The notes below the pieces were generated by a model. That model saw nothing but the letters and a program-made list of their open reading frames with translations. It ran no database searches and was not told where the DNA came from. A DNA stretch of 39,485 nucleotides, from contig NMRA01000234.1 of the NCBI GenBank assembly GCA_002633005.1, positions 514,482 to 553,966 on the forward strand. Reading direction: 5' to 3'. Of this stretch, positions 34,243 through 39,485 are shown in pieces. Both the position numbers and the translations under genes were made by a program. This stretch comes from Phoronis australis (Eukaryota; Animalia; Phoronida). Positions within the stretch are counted from its first letter, which is position 1. Each line of letters begins with the position of its first letter.

Positions 34243-37200
34243 TGTTACATTATGTGTTCGTAGTTTGTTCGCCGATATGTCTCACAGCGTAGTATGTGCG
34301 ATTAAGAATAGAAATAAAATGCACTGTCATTCTTGGGCACGTTTCAACAAAACTGACTTAGCTAAGACAAATCTTAAAGCTTTGTAAATTTTAAAATAAA
34401 AGTTAAATTTGTCTCAAAACCAATTCAAGAAAGAGATCTTAAATTTGACTTAAGTGTTTGACATAAATGTTGTCTTAATTTTGACTAACTTACCGAGTGA
34501 GGAAGTTTCAATGTTTGGAAGTTTCGAAAAATCTTAAACTTAAGTAAAAAATGAACTTAAGTCAGTTTCTTGGAACGGGCCCCTTGTCTCTCACGCACCG
34601 AGCCGACATAATGAAACATGGCTACAGCGTGACTACACTCAGTTACTTGCGAACCGTACACTCAGCGCGAAGATCATAAAATACTGTGTTTTGTGGCAAA
34701 CTGCAAGACAAAGACTTGACCTATGTTGTGTTGACCTAGTCTATATTTCCTACTGGTCTGGCTGTCGGAGAACTGCACGTAAGCAATGACCAATTAATCT
34801 TATCCACAAAAGTTAGACATAAACAACTACAACGTCTGTGACAAGCGGACGAAGTTTACGTCCTTGCTAAAAACTGAAGAGCTCCAGGTGGCAACTCTAC
34901 TGGCATAACCGCGTGATCGTCGAAGAAGCCCAGGCAGTTTTCCAAACGTTTACGTGAGACGATAAGCCTACGACCCAAGGAAAATAAACTCGGTCATTGC
35001 AAAATTGTCTGATTATTGCAATACCAGACAGCGTCCGATGAAAAGCAGATCAGCTGCAAGTCTATGGTACAAGACACCCACAAGACAAATTTCAGTGTCT
35101 CGCCTGCAGGCTAAGAAAAACATGCACAGAGCAGAATCATTTTGCAAAGAAATATCCACAGAGGAATGAAGCGAACGCATGCAAGGTTCAAGTAGGTGAC
35201 ACCGACTCCTCAAGAATGGCTAAAAACTGTCCCCTTATATGTCAACTCGGCTGTAAACGAACACACAACAGAGGTGTTCGCAGAAATGCTGGTCAATTAG
35301 ACGGTCTCCCAGATAGACTGTGGTGCTAGCGTCAATATTTTACGGTCCAAGTACGTCCATGATGAAACCAACAAGACACTAGTGACGTGGAACAAGACAA
35401 GAGTAACCCTGCAAGGAACATGTCTTATAAGCATACGGAAACCAGCTAACAACAAGAAGTACTCAGTCGAATTCGTCGTTGTGGACGAAAACTTCACACA
35501 ACTGCTTGGTCTTAAAGCAGCTGAAGCCATGAAGCGACTGAGTATTCACCGAGACAACTTTAAAATCACCTAGCCGGTACACATAATGAAACAACCTGCT
35601 GAGAAGGTTGAATTCTCAACAAAGGAAGACCTTACCAGATATTTCCGTGAGGTTTTCGACGGACATTGGGGCAAGCTAGAAGGTGTAGTCCATTTGTATG
35701 TCCGACCAGTCACTGTCTTGGACTCCTTACCCCCTCGCTCAGTGCTCATAGCAGTAACAGAGAAACACAAAAGTGAGCTAGACAGACTTCTCAAGCTAAG
35801 AGCATTGACACCGGTAGACAAACCAATAGAGTGGAGCAGCCAGCTTGTCATAACGACTAAGAAGTCTGGTGAGGCGCGGATTTGCATCGATTCGAATCCT
35901 CTCAACGAAGCTTTGCACCAAGAGCGCTACAAATTACCCAAACTCGACATGCACTTACCAGAGTTGGCACAGTCTCGTGTTTTCATCAAAGTCGACTTGT
36001 GACCTGTGTTCTACATTGATCAACAATAACAACGTGGTGCGTGATAATGCGACGTCGTTGTTGCTATACGGCGTATAATTTTTATGCAACTGGGCCCAGG
36101 TGTACTCTGCATAGCCGGTGACATAGAGAGAACAGAGAAGCTCATGGTCAACGAATCCTGATGTTTTTTGAAAGGTGCAGAAACAAAGGAATATAGCTGA
36201 GGCCAGAGAAATGTGATCTGTGTTAGGATGTTGCTTTCAACGGACACATCCTCACAAGTGACTGTCTCAAGGCTGATCCTGAGACAGTCAAAGCCATCAC
36301 CGAAATGCCTACAACTCTTTGTGACATACTGCTCCTGAATGGTATGGTGAATTATCTGCGTCGTTTTCTCCCACACCTCTCTGATGTCATGAATCCCGCT
36401 CAGGAGCGGACTCCAGAGGTTTTGATTGCATATAGAGGTTGAAGAGAATGCTAATTCCTTTTCAACGCAATTGTACACAAGAAAGGTTCCGAGATGTTCC
36501 TTGCCGACACGTTATGAATAGCCCATCTTCCATCTACAGGAAGTCATACTACTGTTTTGACGATATGAACACTGTATCTTTCTTTCCAATCTCAAAGGAA
36601 CGTTTGAAAGCGACCAAGGAAGCAACCAACAACGACGAGACATCCGTACTGCTGAAAAGTACCGTCATCGATGGTTGGCTTGAGAAAGCAGAACTTCATT
36701 CATCTTTGGTACCATACTTTTAGCTTCCGCTTTTGTTCTAGATGGAAGTGACTACCTAGTCACAGTGTAATGCTACAGTGATTTCTATGAAGTAGATCTC
36801 CTACCGTTAGAATTTGAACTCTTCGCACACGAATGGTATTTCGACCGTCTCATCATTAGCCCTTACAACAGCAAGACGAACGGCACAGCCGAGTCTAATG
36901 TCAAATAAGCGAAGCACTTGCTGAAGAAGGCAAAGAAGTCCAACAGCGACTACATACACTTATTAGCGTTGCTCAACTAATGCAATACAAAGAATCAGCC
37001 CACTGTCACCAGTACCGTGCAGCGACTGAGGAATCTTAGGACACGGACTCTCCTACCTACGTCTGCATCACTACTGCAGCCCAAGATGGCAAGTGTTCAA
37101 CACCAGCTGCAATAACTTAAACTGAAGCAAGCGCGACAAGCCCATTACTACAGCAGAAATGCCCGCGACCTGACACTTTTACAGGAGTAAGATATAGTCC

Positions 37201-37790
37201 GAATGAAACCCTTTAAGCATGGTAAAGAATGGGAAAAGTCATAAGACGACTGGATGAACGCTGGTACATAGTGGAGACACCAGACGGCGTTTATCGTCGT
37301 AACAGATAACACGTTCGCAGGATACACGAGCCCTCTACGACTCCTCAATCAGACCTGAAACACCCTCTCATACATGAGACCCCAAAACTGGTTCACGCTC
37401 CAAGGAACGATGCAGCTTGATGAACTACAGCTCTAGTGGACAGAAAGGACCCTGACAAAACTCGGCCCCATAGTATAGACTAGTAACGACGCTCCCATTA
37501 TGATCACAACGAAATCAGGAAGGAATGTACGGAAGCCATTGCGTTTGACAGACTGAGACTATAATAGCTACTACTTCATAAGGTTTGTTTAGTTGTAGTT
37601 GAGCGTTTCTACTTTTTTCCTTTCGTGGAAGGACGTTACATTATGGTTTCGTAGTTTTTTCACTAGATGAATCACTCACTGCGTAGTATGTGGGATTAAG
37701 AATAGAGGTATGTTAATGCACTCCGTCATTCTTGTCCCTCACGCGCCGTGTCGCGCTTTATGATTCCTCCATCATAGATATAGTGAAGCC
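34243..37790 (+). mobile_element. Decayed Ty3/Gypsy LTR retrotransposon (Mag/K02A2.6-like)
   Basis: 5-bp TSD CTCCT (34238-34242 and 37791-37795). 5' LTR TGTTACATTATG...AAACA (34243-34618) and diverged 3' LTR (37634-37790). Protease IDCGASVNIL, RT (W.S.LV...KKSGEARICID..PLNEAL), integrase (SPYNSKTNGTAE..VK) in Gypsy order. Many stops and deletions. Confidence 0.9.
34335..34582. mobile_element. Harbinger-like MITE inserted in the Gypsy 5' LTR
   Basis: TIRs GGGCACGTTTCAACAAAACTGACTTA and TAAGTCAGTTTCTTGGAACGGGCCC with a 3-bp CTT duplication. Absent from the 3' LTR. Confidence 0.85.
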
Positions 37791-38345
37791 CTCCTCTACG
37801 ATTTATTGTTTCCAGCATAGCCAGCGTCACGAACAACACCGCTAGAATTCTAGCCAATATCTTGTTACCGTTAGTTGGAATTTCTCCTCTGCCATCTCTT
37901 TCGCAACTGTGAGGATTTTATCGACGAAATACGTATCCTCGAGATACCTCCTGGACGGAAAATTTCATCTGATGACGTGACTGCGTTGTTCTCAATTGTG
38001 CCCATTCATGGAGCAGTCGTAATAATCAAACACTGTCCGGAGAATGATAAAGAAATAGACAAGCGCGCACATTTATCTCCAGAACACATCCTACAGCTAC
38101 TGAAGTTTTGGCCTTCACATGCTTTGTGCGCAATGAAATATTCTACCACCAGATTAGAGGAGCTCCTATGAGCTCTCCGATCTTACCGATTATCGCCAAT
38201 ATCTCAATGAAATACTTTGAAATGAGAGCTATAGCGACAGCTGCAACTCCACCCTCACTTTGGAGTCATAGACGACACTTTCCTTGTTATACATGAAGCA
38301 TGTATCCATGAGTTCACAGAGCATCTAAACAGCATTGACCCGGTA
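37791..38345 (+). mobile_element. Penelope-like retroelement, continuation (RT core)
   Basis: Resumes exactly after the TSD: PLRFIVSS..SVT..TARILANILLPLVG, S.DVTALFS.VP, FYHQIRGAPMSSPILPIIANI.M..FE, EFTEHLNSIDP. Confidence 0.88.
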
Positions 38346-38467
38346 TCTATGTTCTGGTGGCATTTAGATTCGTCAACTAATGATTTTCTTTACTAATTAC
38401 TCCTAACAATGAGTTCCATAATTCACAATTTGCAATTTTACTGATTCTCTCCGTTTTCACCTACATC

Positions 38468-39123
38468 TTTTTATGTGCCCACATATTTATACTTGGTCGC
38501 ATGTTGATGTTTCCGTCATCTCTGTGTGTCCGTCGTCCGTCATCCGCAGCAGTATCCCCTAAAACCGGCCTTCCCAGGATCTCGATGAGATTTAGCAGAT
38601 GTGTTCCTATTTAACTGATGACGGATGACGACGAATTTCGGACTCACCTGAAAACAGGTGTGCCCCCTAGTGGAAATTTTAGTTTTTACGTTTACCTCTG
38701 TAACTTCAAAGGTCCTCAACCCATTTCATGAAATTTGGCACATGAGCATCTGTTTGGGAGATCACACTATCCTCGCGTTTTCGAATAGATTCGGAGAATT
38801 TTGCGCCACCTAGTGATCATTTTACTGTTTTGAGTTTTTTTATGGCGTCCGCCTCTCTATCAACCAAACCTCTCTAAGGATGATTGTGAAGATTTGCATA
38901 TGTGTTCTTTGTGAGAAGAGGACGGTTGACGATGATTTTCCAACGACTTTCACTGCTGTGGCGCTTCCTTGTGGCAGTTTTGACTTTTGCGCCCATAACT
39001 GTATCTCCTAAACCTACTGCAGGATTAGCAAGTGTATTTATATGCAGTTGCCATCAAACGACTCTGATTTTCAGACATGTCCGACAAACGCTGTTCCCCA
39101 TAGTGGCAACTTCATTTTTTCCG
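38468..39123 (+). mobile_element. Older HINE copy (5' part), interrupted by a younger copy
   Basis: Starts TTTTTATGTGCCCACATATTTATA, has a GTCC-like tract and diverged CTAGTGG monomers. Confidence 0.78.
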
Positions 39124-39485
39124 TTTTTATGCGCCCACATATTTATATGTGGACGCATTATGCCGTCATCTCTGTCCGTCCGTCCGTCCGTCCGTCCGTC
39201 CGTCCGTCCGGGCGGCGTCCGGCGTCCGCTGCTCTATCTCCAAAGCCCTTTGACATACGTTCATGAAATTTGGCACATATGCTCCATTTATAAATGGGAC
39301 GGCATGTGCGAACTTTCGGACGGATCCGACTACCGGTGTGCCCCCTAGTGGCAATTTTAGTTTTTTACGCTTACCTTTGTATCTTCAAAAGTCCTGAACG
39401 GATTTTTATGAAATTTGGTATGTAGGCACCTATTAGTGAGATGACGCTATCCTGTCGTTTTCAGATGGATTCGACATAGTTTGCG
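39124..39485 (+). mobile_element. Young HINE copy (5' end), running off the window
   Basis: Near-identical to 23627-23970, with an expanded (GTCC)n microsatellite at about 39174-39210. Inserted at a T-run. Confidence 0.88.

Noticed and set aside
35586-36002. Functional reverse transcriptase gene or prokaryotic RT-based system
   Set aside because: A truncated Gypsy RT fragment that stops before the YxDD region, within an LTR element full of stops and deletions.
31917-39485. Further PITP exons (expected N..YMK..F.I.IET.H)
   Set aside because: The candidate acceptors checked (about 32239 and 32946) give a stop or unrelated sequence. The next exon is presumably beyond the window.

Overview
This window is intron-rich, AT-rich animal genomic DNA, not prokaryotic; an invertebrate deuterostome such as an echinoderm is my inference from gene and repeat style only. 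Almost all entries in the ORF track are spurious or transposon debris. The real genes are split into short GT-AG exons. (1) The last coding exon of an MPHOSPH9-like gene (+, 1429-1524). (2) A paxillin-family gene (-, ATG 15067 to stop 3887) that appears to encode only three LIM domains, with no LD motifs and no LIM4; one exon is not visible and may lie in the N gap at 10578. (3) The first three coding exons of a divergent class I phosphatidylinositol transfer protein gene (+, from 22495, presumably continuing past the window end). The rest is nested transposable elements: Helentron-associated non-autonomous elements (HINE/DINE-1-like) whose ~150-bp tandem monomers each carry a co-oriented CTCF-consensus motif, a decayed Gypsy LTR element (5-bp TSD) inserted in a Penelope-like element, further Penelope fragments, a long-TIR DNA transposon with C2H2 zinc-finger remnants, several MITE families (some with 5-bp TSDs), a tRNA-derived SINE and minisatellites. 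No CRISPR array, rRNA or intact tRNA was found.
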